This document shows, piece by piece, positions 1 through 12,050 of a DNA stretch of 64,000 nt. Under the pieces are notes generated by a model that saw only the letters and a program-made list of their open reading frames with translations, ran no database searches and had not been told where the DNA came from. The position numbers were made by a program, and so were the translations under genes. The stretch spans positions 2,172,001 through 2,236,000 of the forward strand of contig NC_087246.1 of NCBI RefSeq assembly GCF_037042905.1. The letters are read 5' to 3'. Numbering within the stretch: the stretch's first letter is position 1; each line of letters opens with the position of its first letter. Origin of the DNA: Lytechinus pictus (taxonomy: Eukaryota).

Positions 1-819
1 AGAACTTTATCAAGCATAGGAAATCTGGCATGAAATCTGGTATGAAATCTCTCGGCTCTCAGCAAATATTGAAATTTTTAAAATGAGTATAAAAGAATTA
101 ATGCTCAAATGCATTTTCTTTAACTACAAAGGGGATCTATAATCATCAAAATAGTTGTAAACATTGACTTTTATATACAGCATGTTCAATTGATAAAAGC
201 AAACAAAATAAAGATATAAAATACGCTTAAGCCGAATCTTAGGATTCAAAAGGAGTTCAAACGATTAAAATAAAGACATTATGTTTGAAAGTCACACCCC
301 TATATTATTATTCAGTTTGTATTCACTATCAACGTTAATTCCTGTGCAGTTATCGCCTCTGATACCCCCCCCCCCCCTTCCCGGAAAGAGGGAGTTTTTA
401 GAAACTAACGGATAATTTCAACAAGCCGGGATATATGTTATATGAAAGTTTTTTTTTTTACCATCAAAGGACAAAGACTTTTTACGCTTTCCTTTGTGCC
501 TCTTATTTCAACTTCGTGTTGCCCAAGAAACATGCAACACGAAGTATTTGTATTCAACACTGAAGTACAAATGATTTTTTTTTGCAATAATATGCAATTA
601 TGCACTATATAAATAAAGTGTAATTCCAAATAAATATTATTTGGAAGGAAATGTACCACGAAGGGGGCGTTTGAATAGAAAAAAGTGTCAGAAGCAAAAA
701 CATTCACTCAGTTTGCTTCGTTTGCAGGAGAATATTGGACAAACATATTGGATAAACAACTGATCAAAGTCTAGTTAACATTGTAAATACAAGAAAAACA
801 TAATACCTTGTCCTGTTGT

Positions 820-3500
820 TAGTCGATTTGACAGTCCCATAGGCTCAATACACCAACCTAGAAATGTTTTTTCCGATGAAGTTTTTTTCTTGATTCGTGT
901 TGCTATGGGGTCCTGGAACAAATTCAGCTTGGTTGCCCAAAGTTGCCGTTTGGGCAACTTTGCCAATTTGCATAAATCCAAAATGGCCGCCAGATGACAT
1001 CTTGAAAACCTAACTTTTGAACCCATTGACCCAAAATGATGAGTAATGACTCTTTTTAGGGGTTTCTGGGTGTGTAGAACCGATTTATGTTATCATTTTT
1101 GCAATATAAGGTCATCTTCAGGTCAAATCCAAGATGGCCGCCAGAAGATGCCATTTTGAAAAAATTAACTTCTGAACCCTATGTCCCAGAATCATGAATA
1201 ATACCCATTTGCGTGAATTATTTGGTAAGTTGATTCCATTTCTGTTAATAATTTTGCAATATTAGATCATCTTCAGATCAAATCTAACATGTTCAAGATG
1301 GCCGCTAAACGCCATATAAAAAAAAAACTACTTCCCGTGACTATTGAATCTTGAAGAAGTACTCTCGTACAGCGTACACGCTGTCCTGAAGAGGTTACTA
1401 TTATGTGTAGGAGATCATGTAAGGGGATTTTAGTAAGAATGATTCATTTCTTTTAATCACTCAATTTTTAGCTCGAGGTCAAGTCATGTCTAAAATGGTC
1501 AGATGGTTGATAGACTTCGTCATCAACCGCTCACTTTAGGATCTTCTTCTCCAAGCTTCCCCAGTATGCATTTGGCGGATGCACAGAAGGCTTCTATATC
1601 CGTACCAACGCAGAAAGGGAACTCAACATCGACCGACTACCTGCCAAAACAATGGTCAGGATGGTTCCCATTCGTGAGATCTTGTACGGAAACGATGTCG
1701 CCCCTGCCTCTCAATAAGAAAGAGTACAAGACCTAGTCACACAGCCGCCTGGCAAGTGCATGTAAGGAGTTTGGATCACCCATCAGCCTGTGAAACAGAG
1801 ATCCTGATCGACTCAAGACACTGACTGTCCTCCAGATATCACTATCAACAGAACGCACTCGTCTGGTTGTGGTGGACTCCTCACCTACCTTGGATCACCT
1901 ATCTAGCTCCCTTTCACTGGACAAGGAGATAACCACCAGGATAGGAAAATCTGCCATAGTCATGGCAAAGCTCCTGTACGGAAGTCCTGGAAAACGTACG
2001 CCAACTAAGAAAAGCGGCTAAACACCTTCCATGTCAGCTGCCTCAGACGTATCATGCACATTAAATGGCAGGACAAAATGAAACATACAGAGGCCCTTTA
2101 GCGTACGTGCTGGCATCCCCGGCTTATTCTCGTTCCTTAGTCATGTTCACCGCATGAAACCCTGGCGAATCCCAGAAGTGATTCGCCAAGATAAGGTGAG
2201 CTGTGTGCTTGGTCTCACCCCATTTGTAGATCACACCTTTGTCATAAAGACACCTGCAAACGTGAGATAAAACTTGCCGGCATGTACACTAACACTTATG
2301 AAGATGTAGATGATAGTCGCCATTCTATGGAGAGCCAATAAGTACAGGGGTCAAGACGTGAGAAAATAATCAGAATGCTTTTGGCAGACCAAAGACCTAG
2401 GAGGAAGGCTAGGGCAGCATCTCTATCTATACCTGTCTCTGCGCCATCCTCTTTCACCTGTATAAATTTGATCTAGAGACTGCCACTCTAGAGCTAAGTT
2501 CTACAGCCACTCTCGAAAATGTAAGACCTAGCGCTACGCCATCGTCTTTTAAGACGAACGGATGCCTACCAATCATTGGACACATTGATATAGGGAAACA
2601 TGGAGAAAAGACTTTCAAATTCAAATAAGACACTAAAAGCCTATTCAGTACATAAGTATGGATGGACATTAAAACAAATAAAAATACACACGAAATGGAT
2701 TATAGCCAAAACCTTAAGAGGATTCATTCTAAAGTGAGCAGCTAATGTCGAAATCTGACATCTCAGATGTGACTTCACCTTGACCTAAAACTTGAGAATT
2801 AATCAAAGAAATTAGTATTCGTACTGAAATCCCTTTATATAAGCCATTACACGTATAAGCCTCGGAAAGTAGTTTTTTCAAGATGGCGTTTGGTGACCAT
2901 CTTGGATTTGATCTGAAGATTATCCTTTATGCAAAATTACAACATAAAATGAATCAACATACCAAATGACTCACGAAAAGATTTAATATTCATGATTCTG
3001 GGGCAAAGGGTTCAAAAGTTAACATTTCAAAATGGCGTCATATGGCGGCCATCTTGGATTTGACCTGTAGATAACACTGTATTGCAAAATAGATAGCAGA
3101 AATGGATTCTACACACCCCAAAACCCCGAAACAAAGTTGTTTCTCATCATTTCGGGAAAGGGGTTCAAATTTAATTTTTCAAGGTGGCATCTGGCGGCCA
3201 TCTTGGATTTGACCTGAAGATGACCTAATAATGCAAAAATGATAATAGAAATGGATTCTACCCTACCCTAAACATCTAAAAGGAGTTATTCCTTATTCTT
3301 TTTGGGCAAGGGGTTCAAAACTTAGGTTTTAAAGATGGCATGTGGCGGCCATTTTGGATTTATGCAAATTAGCAAAATTGCCCAAAGTTGCCGTTTGGGC
3401 AACCAAGCTGAATTTGTTCTAGGTCCTCAAAGGAACATGAATCAAGAAAAAAACTTCATCGGAAAGACATTTCTAGGTTCGGAAAATGTCAAATCGACTA
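820..3500. mobile_element. Non-autonomous foldback DNA transposon with long TIRs (Academ-like)
   Basis: Termini TAGTCGATTTGACA (820-833) and TGTCAAATCGACTA (3487-3500) are exact reverse complements, flanked by TGT (817-819 and 3501-3503). Inverted arms run ~855-1505 and ~2750-3480 and are built from ~150-bp subrepeats centred on AAGATGGCCGCC/GGCGGCCATCTT. TAG...CTA termini with a 3-bp TSD match Academ as I recall it; the superfamily call is inference. Confidence 0.75.
1536..2572 (+). mobile_element. 5'-truncated, decayed RTE-clade LINE (C-terminal RT region and 3' end)
   Basis: Manual translation across frameshifts gives IFFSKLPQYAFGGCTEGFYIRT...IREILYGNDVA (degenerate LFADD), TYLGS...SLDKEITTRIGKSA and KRLNTFHVSCLRRIMHIKWQDK, typical of RTE ORFs. 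It ends in an RTE-like 3' hairpin/tail (CCATCGTCTTTTAAGACGAACGGATGCC). Confidence 0.85.
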
Positions 3501-4158
3501 TGTCATGGACCTGGAAAGCAGATGTGCTTAACTCATTGGGGTGCTTCGTGTATTATTCTCCATAGGCAGCACCCTCATGTATTCTAGATGTGTAAAAATG
3601 GGTAAATGTAACCAAAATGACCTTCATGTAAAAAAAAAAATTCTCGAGACCAACTTGATTTCCATTTTGAACTGAAAACCCTCCCCTTCTTCCTTTTTGC
3701 GCTTTTCAAATTTACATTAGCACCTTCATTTAAAAAATCGTTCCAAGAGCACAATACCTTGTCAAGTCAAAGTAAACAATAGTAAAGTAAAGTTAAAGTG
3801 AAAAAGACCAGCTTTAAAAAAATACTCTGCAATGATAGAAAGCATTTAGTTTTTCCCCCATATATTATCAAGTTTTCGGGTCAACTTGACAGTCTAACCT
3901 GTCCAAGGAATCATCATAAAAACCCTCCTGACAGTAAAAATATTTTTACATTCCCCTCCGAACTTTTCTATATTCTTAAATCACGTACTAATGAAATGAT
4001 TGTCTGTAAAATGTAATTGAAAATATTCGATTTGATTTGATTTTAATTTATTTCTGCATTCACATAAGAGATATACAATATATACAGAGGTAACAAATAT
4101 ATAACAAATATTAAAAATACTGTGGTCGTAAAATAAGCAATGACAATAAATAATATAA

Positions 4159-4288
4159 CAGGGGCCGCAGAACGGGGGCTGACCATGCAAAAAATCACAT
4201 TCATATGGTCATTTTTACGTTTTTGTACACGGTTTTGGAAAAAAGTGTGGGGGAGGGGCTTCAGCCTCCTCCGCTTCCGCGGCCCCTG
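4159..4288. mobile_element. 130-bp MITE with CAGGGG termini and 5-bp TSD (hAT-like)
   Basis: TIR CAGGGGCCGCAGAA / TTCCGCGGCCCCTG; TATAA present on both sides (4154-4158 and 4289-4293). Confidence 0.75.
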
Positions 4289-5613
4289 TATAACATATAT
4301 ATTGTTCATTTGACGAAATCATAATTGAAAGGAATGCAGGAGACCGCCATCGTGAGCGATTAAGCTTGATAATTATGGCGGCCTCGTAAAAGGTACATGA
4401 CTTTGTGTTTCTACATTGATCATGTTGATCAAGTGGGTGCAATGCAGGTGCAGGTGAAGTAGAGGGCAGTTGAATTATTAACTTGAAGAGAGGGATGCAT
4501 ATCTTTCGATGGTTTTCATTATGTAGTAGCTTTCAATGGGTATATTGTTGAGCATGATTTATTATTGTCTGAAAATTGTTCCAAATATCGGGACTATAAT
4601 GCATGTCGAATAAATTTATGGGTTATTAACAATTTGGGGTTATTGAGATGATTGTTTCCAGATATGCGGGTTGGGTAGGAATGGACGGAACTGTCAAGCC
4701 TAAACATATATAGCTAGCACTAGCAGCTGCATGAGTTGGTAGCGAATCGGCCGGCATGCAAGTTGAATTGTCCGACTCATCATCATAGACGTAATTCCCC
4801 TAATTTACCTCCATCCACGTCACTAGAGCTAGAAACTTCATCATCATTCTCTTCATCTTCAAAATCATCAATTTGAAAATCCAAAATCTAAATAAACTTC
4901 TGGGTTTTCTTTCATTTCGTGATCGAAGTATTCAGTGACAGTGTGGAGAAAACGTACCCTCGCAACAGGTTTTGCATGCAAGTGGAGCTTGGAGCTCCTT
5001 GCTCGTACACTCATACACGTCATCAAATTCGAGTCAATTCAGAGACTGATGGGAGGCGTATTTCGGAGAGGCATTTTAGCACTTTTCAATTGGCGATTTC
5101 CACCTTTTGTATTACTTTCGTTATTTTTGAATGACCAAATGATAATCCCCACATCATGACCTTTCCACTGATATTTAATAAGGCCATATTCATAATCAAT
5201 ATATTTCTCCTTTAATGATGGATGAAACTAGATTATTAATATACTTGAACATAAAGATAGCAATTTGAATCCTATCTATATCAAAAATTGTTAACGTTTT
5301 AAGTTCATGAAACAGGGGGTCGGTGTGAGCCAAGTAATGTGATCATGTAAACATGTATAGCTCTTTTTTTTAGTTTTGAAATAGAATTGAGTTTGGAAGA
5401 ACCAGTTTGCCCAGACGGCATTACAGTATGTAATATAAGGGAGGACTAAAGAAGAATATAGTTTAATGAAGAAGAAACTTGAACTTGGAAATTATCCCAA
5501 TACTTTTTGAAATGCACATTTTAAAAGATGTTTGTGTTGGTTCCTAGTCAAAATTTCATCCATGATAACACCTAAATATTTTTGATTATTTTTCTTTTCT
5601 AATGGTGTGCCGT

Positions 5614-6389
5614 TGTCATAGGCGAATTGGCCCGGGACCGGCGGTCCAAAACGGCTAGCTGATTAGTACCGCCAGTACAAAACGGCTAGTCGATCGGACC
5701 CGCCAGATCCAAATGACTGGTTCAAATTATGGCCGAAACGATAGGAGAGCCGCCGTTTGGTTCCACATTTATCAAATCTTTCTAAGGTAGATATTATAAT
5801 TATTTACTGTGATAAATGTTTCAAAATATTTTTTAATTGTGTAATTTTTTATGTAATTTTAATCTTAGAAATAATGATTTCGATAATTCTGTTTAAGGTA
5901 ATAATTATATTCTATAAATATTTGTTTTGATCAAAATGTTTCAATATATATATTGGTGTAATTTTTAATGTAATTTTGATATTATAACAGAACCGATTAT
6001 TTCTATAATTCTGTCTAAAATTAAAAATTTCATGTGAATATGGCTTCGTGGCCCCACACAGCTGTAATCAATTGGAAGTGTGCTAAAATAATGCATAAAT
6101 TATATATTTCCAAAACATATATACATCTCTATCTCCCAAAATAAGATTCTCAAATCGGAAACTGTACTGTTCGTGGGTGTGGTTGATTTGGATGAGCCAA
6201 TTGGTTGAAAAGGACTACTGGAATTTCACATTTTTGCCGTAGGGGTGTCAAAGTTGCATGAACGGCGTATATAGGAACAAATCGCCTGGTCGGAACAAAT
6301 TGGCTATGACGATCGCATCACACAACAAAAGAGCCGCCGATTGGTTCCTCCGGCCCTGATCGGCTGCCCGGTCCAATTCGCCTATGACA
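5614..6389. mobile_element. Non-autonomous Ginger1-type DNA transposon (TGT...ACA, CCGT TSD)
   Basis: TIR TGTCATAGGCGAATTGGCCCGGG / CCCGGTCCAATTCGCCTATGACA; CCGT at 5610-5613 and 6390-6393. Removing the element and one TSD copy restores the LINE reading frame (NIDG|TPLEK). Confidence 0.8.
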
Positions 6390-7869
6390 CCGTCAATATT
6401 AATGTAAATCGGTGCGTTATTGTAATGGGAATGATGTCTAAAATACATCAAAAAAAAAATTTTTGTATTCAGGGGAAGTTTATTGGCTTTGAACGACTTT
6501 GATATGCCGTTGATTTCAAGATTTACGATATCGTTAATGAATTAATGTCTTTGTGTGAATAAAATATGTTTGTGTCGTCAGCAAATATAGAACAAATGAC
6601 AAAATGGAGGAGGTTTTGATGTCATTAACATAAAGTAAAAATAAAAGTGGGCCAAAATGGAACCTTGAGGAACACCGCAACGATCTAAAATAGAATCAGA
6701 ATCATTATTGTTAAAAGTTACATATTGCCTTCTATTATTTAAGTAATCTTTTAACTATGAAAGAGATTGACCTCGTAGTCCATAATGGTTGAGTTTGGAA
6801 AGTAAAATATCGTGGTTAAGGGTGCTTGACTATACGGTCACAAAAATACCAATTACGTGTTCTTTATTTGCTATTGCATTTGTTATTTTGTCATAAATTT
6901 GAATGGTGTTGAATAATTTTTCCTATAAAACCATATTGATTAGAATTTAAGATATTGTGTTTTTCAATAAATTTGTAATGTCTTGTGTAAACTATTTTTT
7001 CTAGAATTTTAGATATTGTTAGGAGTAGGGAAATGGGACGATAATTAGTTATTTTGTAAGGATTGTCTTTTTTAAATATTGGATTGACTTTTGCTATCTT
7101 GAATAAATTTGGGAAAACACCTTGAGATATAGAGCTAGTTATTAAATATGTGGGTGAGAGGGCTAGCAAGAGGGTGAATTATTTGCTTGAGTAAAATCAT
7201 ACTTATGACATCGCAACCAGAGGATCTAGAGTACAATGGAACGGAAAATATTAATTATTTCAGAAGGGTAAGTTGGGGTTTAAAAAAAAGAGATTCTTGA
7301 ATTGGATCGGAGAGATAGTATGTGAAATGTGCATTAGCCATGTTAGGAGTATTGATTTTATTTGCTAGGTCGGGACCAATATTAGTAAAGAACGAATTGA
7401 ATGAGTTTTGCATAAAGAGTAGGATGAAGTATTTTTGATCCATTAAGAGTAATGTTATCATTAGGTGGGGGGGGGGGGGGGGTCTTTGTGTCCAAAACTT
7501 CATTGATAGTTTTCCAAGTTGTATTTATATTTCCATTGTTATCTTTTATTCTATTAGCATAGTGCAATTTACGGATATATTTGAATCAGTTTTGTTAGTT
7601 TATTTAAGTTTTTAAGGAATTGTCAGTTGGATTGCGTATATGGAATTTATAGAGGCGATTGCGTGTTTGTATCTACTTCAGTAAACCTTTTGTTATCCAA
7701 GGATTTTGGGGTTTATTATGTTTGTGTTTTACTTTACCTAAAGGAATATTCTTTTCATGTTTTAATTTATTATTAAAGTGATTATATACAATATTGGGAT
7801 CTACTTCATTGTAAACGTCTTCCTATTCTTCTAAAAATAAATCTTGCTTTAATAGTTCTATTTTCTGTT

Positions 7870-8313
7870 TTATTTACGATAAGGATATTCTTTATTTGGT
7901 TTAGGGTAAGAGAATTTACATTCACAAGTTAAAAATATAGGTAGGTGGTCCGAAACTTCAGAACATAGAAACCCTCCAATGGCTTTGTCGTTATGAAAGT
8001 TCGAAAAAATGTTATCAATCTGAGATGATGAATTTAAGTTAACTCTGGTGGGTTTATTAATGATAGACACAAAGCCAAATGAGAACATTAATTTCATGAA
8101 GTTGGTTGAATGACTATTGTCGGACGACATGGACGAGGGCAAGAAGTTGATATCAAAATCACCGAGCATAAAAATACGTTTGTTTTTATTTCCTATTTTA
8201 TAAAGAAAATATTCTAGTTCATCATGAAAAAGGTCGATATTTGTATCAGGGGGTCTATAAATTAATCCTACGATGATATTTTTGGAATTGGAATTTTCAA
8301 TTTCTATAAACAA
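7870..8313 (-). pseudogene. APE-type endonuclease domain remnant of the LINE ORF2
   Basis: IIVGLIYRPP, MLGDFDI (GDFN), KPTRV, SQIDNIFSN and SDHLPIF are the standard LINE endonuclease motifs; the frame is broken on both sides. Confidence 0.88.
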
Positions 8314-9513
8314 AGACTCTGCATGTGATAAATTAATATCAGATCGAATCTTGAATTTAAGATTTTTTGAAATATAAAAGGCAAACCACCACCTCTTCTT
8401 CCATTTCGGTCTGCCCTTATTAAGTTATGATTTGGTAAATTAAACAGAATTTACATGTAGCCATGTTTCGCTTAAGCCAATTACGGAAAATGGAAAGTTG
8501 TTAAATGAGTTGATAAGGCTAACTAAATATTCAAAGTTTCTATTTCATTATTTTGACGTCTTATGTTAGCATGAAAAAGTGAAAGATTATCTGGAATATT
8601 ATTAAATTCGCTGTTAAATTCTTGGGGAGTGTAGTATTTACTATCTTGTGTATTCTGAATTGTAATGTCTGGGGTAACAGTGTGTGACTCAAACATAGGG
8701 GGGGGGGGTAAAATGTAAAGTACCGGAAATTTGGGAGAGGTCAACTGCGAGTGTGCAAGTGGTGCGGGTGCGTGAATGTGTGCGTGAAGGTGTACTCATG
8801 AGTGAAAGTGGTGCTCATGTATCAGCAATTGCAACATAATATACAGATACAACAGGATTAAGACCCATCTTGGTCAATGATGGCTGGGCAGCAGATTAAA
8901 GCCCAAATAAAAATACAATTAACAAAACGATTTCAGCAGACAAAACTTGTGGATTACTACGAGGGGACTGGAAGAAGACATTACTGATAACTTACAAATA
9001 GAACCTATTTTAACTTAGCTATTCTAGAGCATTCCATTATCATTCTAAAATATATTACATAATCATGACAACAAATCCTACAAGTTGTGAGTCAGTGCTA
9101 TTGACTTCTGAAAACATGTAGCTAAAGGCGTCTTTTATAACATAAAAAATATGCATTGAAACCATCATACACTTTTCCGACTATGTACATGTATAGTAAA
9201 TAAATACCGGGAATTATCTATATACACAAGATGAAAGAATTGACTTTTTTTCTTTTGAAAATTATAGACTGGAAATGTGGTTTGCTTTTGAAAGTATAAA
9301 AGAGTGCATGAAAAACGCAACCTATCAGAGTATAATGTATATAACAACGTATAAGTTCCACATTCCGTATATGTCATGACTTTTTATACAGAAAAAAATT
9401 ATGAAACCCCTGTTAGCATGATTAGAGTCAGAGTGGTATCATTTTTATCAATGTTTAAAGTGGAATGCATATTTGCATTCAATGTTTTTAATCTCACTGT
9501 ACCCCCCCCCCCT

Positions 9514-9893
9514 CCCGGGGGGGGGGGGGCTACTTAATGTTGGATTAGTATGTGCCGCGGTCGAGACCCCCATTTTCAGCCTATATTTCTGTTCCAGAGC
9601 ATCACCAAGTTAGAAAGCCATGGAAATTCTGGGTTTTTTTCCGTTTCGGAGACCCTTAACGCGTTCAATCAGGAACTGCTCAGCCGGTGGGCGCCAATGG
9701 GCCGCGCCGGAAGCGAACCCCCATTTTCTGATATGGTCAGATTCAGAGCATTGCATTTCTAACAATCGTTGATCTAGAGCCGTTCCGGAGATCCCCATTT
9801 TAAGACCAATCTTTAGTTCCAGAGCCCCCTATTTTCGACTTTGGTGTGGCACGCAGGTATCATGTTATAATTCGAGTAGCCCCCCCCCCCCGG
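9514..9893. mobile_element. MITE with CC(C)G-polyG / polyC-GG termini (possibly CMC/EnSpm-like)
   Basis: CCCGGGGGGGGGGGGGCTACT ... AGTAGCCCCCCCCCCCCGG inverted ends; internal dispersed TTCC(A/G)GAG(C/A)CCC subrepeats. TSD not resolved. Confidence 0.65.
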
Positions 9894-9948
9894 ACGCCCG
9901 CGCAAACAATATACGTGTTTTACGTGTTTCGCAGGCATTATACATTGA

Positions 9949-10536
9949 AGGGCACTCCAGGTTGAAAATCAATATGATTTGAACAGATAAAGAAAAATCA
10001 GACAAACAATAAAATGAAGTTGATCAAAATCGGACAAGGAATAACAAAGTTACGGCATTTTAAAGATTTGCATTATTTCGGTGAAACAGTTCTATATGCA
10101 TGCATGTCTTCATGAATATTTAATGAGCAAACTAAATGATGTCATATCCCTACTTGTTGTTTTGTATTTATTATATGAAATTATGTTTATTCAAATGTTG
10201 CCCTCCAACAACTAAAATAATTGGATTGACAACTGATTTTGCTGTAAATTATTTACTATAACATTTTTGTATAAGGGAGACATAGTTATCATTCACACAT
10301 GTATGAGTAAATTAAATAATTATGATTTCTTGTAATAACATAAGGAAGGCGGGGATGTGACATCATCAGCCCACCTGATGAATACGAGCTTATAACTGTT
10401 TAAAAAATATTACTGAACTTTAAGATTGAATAACTTCGTTATTTGTAATAAGATTCTGATGATTTTTTCAGTATTTTACTAAGTGAATTTTACTTTATTC
10501 ATTTAGATATAATTATTTTCAGGCCGGAGTACCCCT
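9949..10536. mobile_element. Kolobok-like non-autonomous element
   Basis: AGGGCACTCCAGG...TGAAAAT and ATTTTCAGGCCGGAGTACCCCT inverted termini; flanks TTGA (9945-9948, degenerate) and TTAA (10537-10540); internal inverted GATGTCATATCCC/GGGATGTGACATC. Confidence 0.7.
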
Positions 10537-11107
10537 TTAACATAACTTTACTTTAATGGCTAAATATAAAGCCCGAACATAAGTTTCCTCAAAATCACTT
10601 ATAAAATTGATACTTAATTTAAGTTACCTTGTAATACATTCAAGCTCTGCTTTCCGGGTTTTCGCCTCCTTCAATTGTGTCAAAATATATACTGTATTCG
10701 TTACTATGTCAAACATTATTTTGTATCTGTTTGAAGGAAATAAATGTGATTTTCAATCAATTCAATTTTACAATGAACAGAAATTTAGCGTGTTCAGTAA
10801 GCTGAAAATATAATTCCAATGTCGAACCCTTATTATAGGCATTCTTTATAGGCAGAGATAAACTTACATGCAGATTGTTCAACATTCACATGTATTCCTC
10901 AAAATTTTCTTCAAATTTATTATAGGATATTCGTAAAAATGAATAGCAATAAGATTTTCATGAATAGGATTAAAAAAAAAATGTTCGCCGTACGCTCAAT
11001 CGCATTATAACACCCATGAATAACTGTCTTTATGGCGTCCGTGTTATAATAAACCGATTATATTGCGAGCGAGCATTATGTTGAGCAGTGTGCTACTGTC
11101 CCTCTTA

Positions 11108-11583
11108 AGGTGGTTTCAAACCGCCTCGATCACAAGAATCCCCGTTAAATTACGAGAACTTTTTTAGGCTGAAAAATACTTAATTATTCCTGCATTCACA
11201 CCGCCCTGAAACATACCCTTCGGGATAAGTTCCTGAAGTTACGAGCATGCGCAGTATGGTCTAATAAGCAGGCAAGGCGCGAGATTCAAAACCACTAGCC
11301 CAGCAGCAACCCATGCACGGCGCCGCACCCAACGACACGCTGGGCTAAAAGTTCCCGTAATTTGCTTTCAGACCGCCAAAATACCCACGACCTTGGAAAA
11401 ATCCCCGCGAAAGTTCTCGTAATTTCGCCAAGTACCTACTATTTATCGGGTATTTTCTTTCGGGGATATTACGCGTAGTTTGCTTTCAGACCGCCAAAAT
11501 ACCTGGTATTTTCTGATCGGGGTAAATTTCCCGATCAGAGAATACCTGGAACTGGCGAACTTCGAGGCGGTCTGAAACCACCT
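11108..11583. mobile_element. PIF/Harbinger-type MITE
   Basis: TIR AGGTGGTTTCAAACCGCCTCGA / TCGAGGCGGTCTGAAACCACCT; TTA TSD at 11105-11107 and 11584-11586; internal repeats of GCTTTCAGACCGCCAAAATACC. Confidence 0.85.
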
Positions 11584-12008
11584 TTAGTGCACTTTACGCT
11601 AATCAGTAGCGGGTCAAACCTTGGGTTATAAGGCGATTATTTGTTTCGATAATGAACAGACTGTAAGATATACATCTTTTTGTTTTGTTTCATTACGATA
11701 TATACTTATGCAGGGTTAGTCGCATATAGAGGTTTGGTTTGGAGGCCAACAATGCCTACTGGTCAAGGTACACGTGAGATTTGCGATTTCAAATAAAACG
11801 AATAACAGATTACTAAAAAAAAAATGAAAATAGCAAGTTATTTCGAATGTTTTCATAATAATATGACAGTCCCGTCTTTTGAGCTGATATGCGTAAGGGA
11901 GAAATGGTATATTGAGGCTCAATATATCATAACATCACTGTATTCCCCGCTCAGTTTATTCTTGATGCCTACTTACGGAACAGTAGTTAAAAGCTTAAGG
12001 GATTGACT

Positions 12009-12050
12009 GCAACAACAGCAGCATCAACAACAAACAACAAAAGCAACAAA
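12009..12050 (+). repeat. Imperfect (CAA/CAG)n microsatellite
   Basis: caacaacagcagcatcaacaacaaacaacaaaagcaacaaa. Confidence 0.6.

Larger units (their letters stand above)
5215..8745 (-). mobile_element. Decayed CR1-group (CR1/L2/Crack-like) LINE ORF2, interrupted at 5614-6389
   Basis: Minus-strand motifs in the expected order: LSLFHANIR (8523-8744 ORF), endonuclease (7870-8313), FNSFFTNIGPDLA, AKVNPIFKK...NYRPISLL (6891-7169), GVPQGS (~6660-6680), FADDT (~6570-6590), then beyond the insertion KYLGVIMD, LYSSLVLPYITYCNAVWAN and HTDPLF (~5220-5610). Many stops and frameshifts. Confidence 0.9.

Noticed and set aside
775..3565. ORFs 775-1026 (-) and 3335-3565 (+) as genes
   Set aside because: They are chance frames in the two inverted arms of the foldback element.
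7466..7483. Poly-G tracts (also 365-377, 8698-8708, 13722-13732) as functional G-quadruplexes or polyproline coding
   Set aside because: Simple homopolymer expansions inside decayed repeats with no supporting context.
10998..11640. Older TIR element around the Harbinger MITE (AATCGCATTATAAC / GTTATAAGGCGATT)
   Set aside because: Only ~14 bp of imperfect inverted match; no defined ends or TSD.
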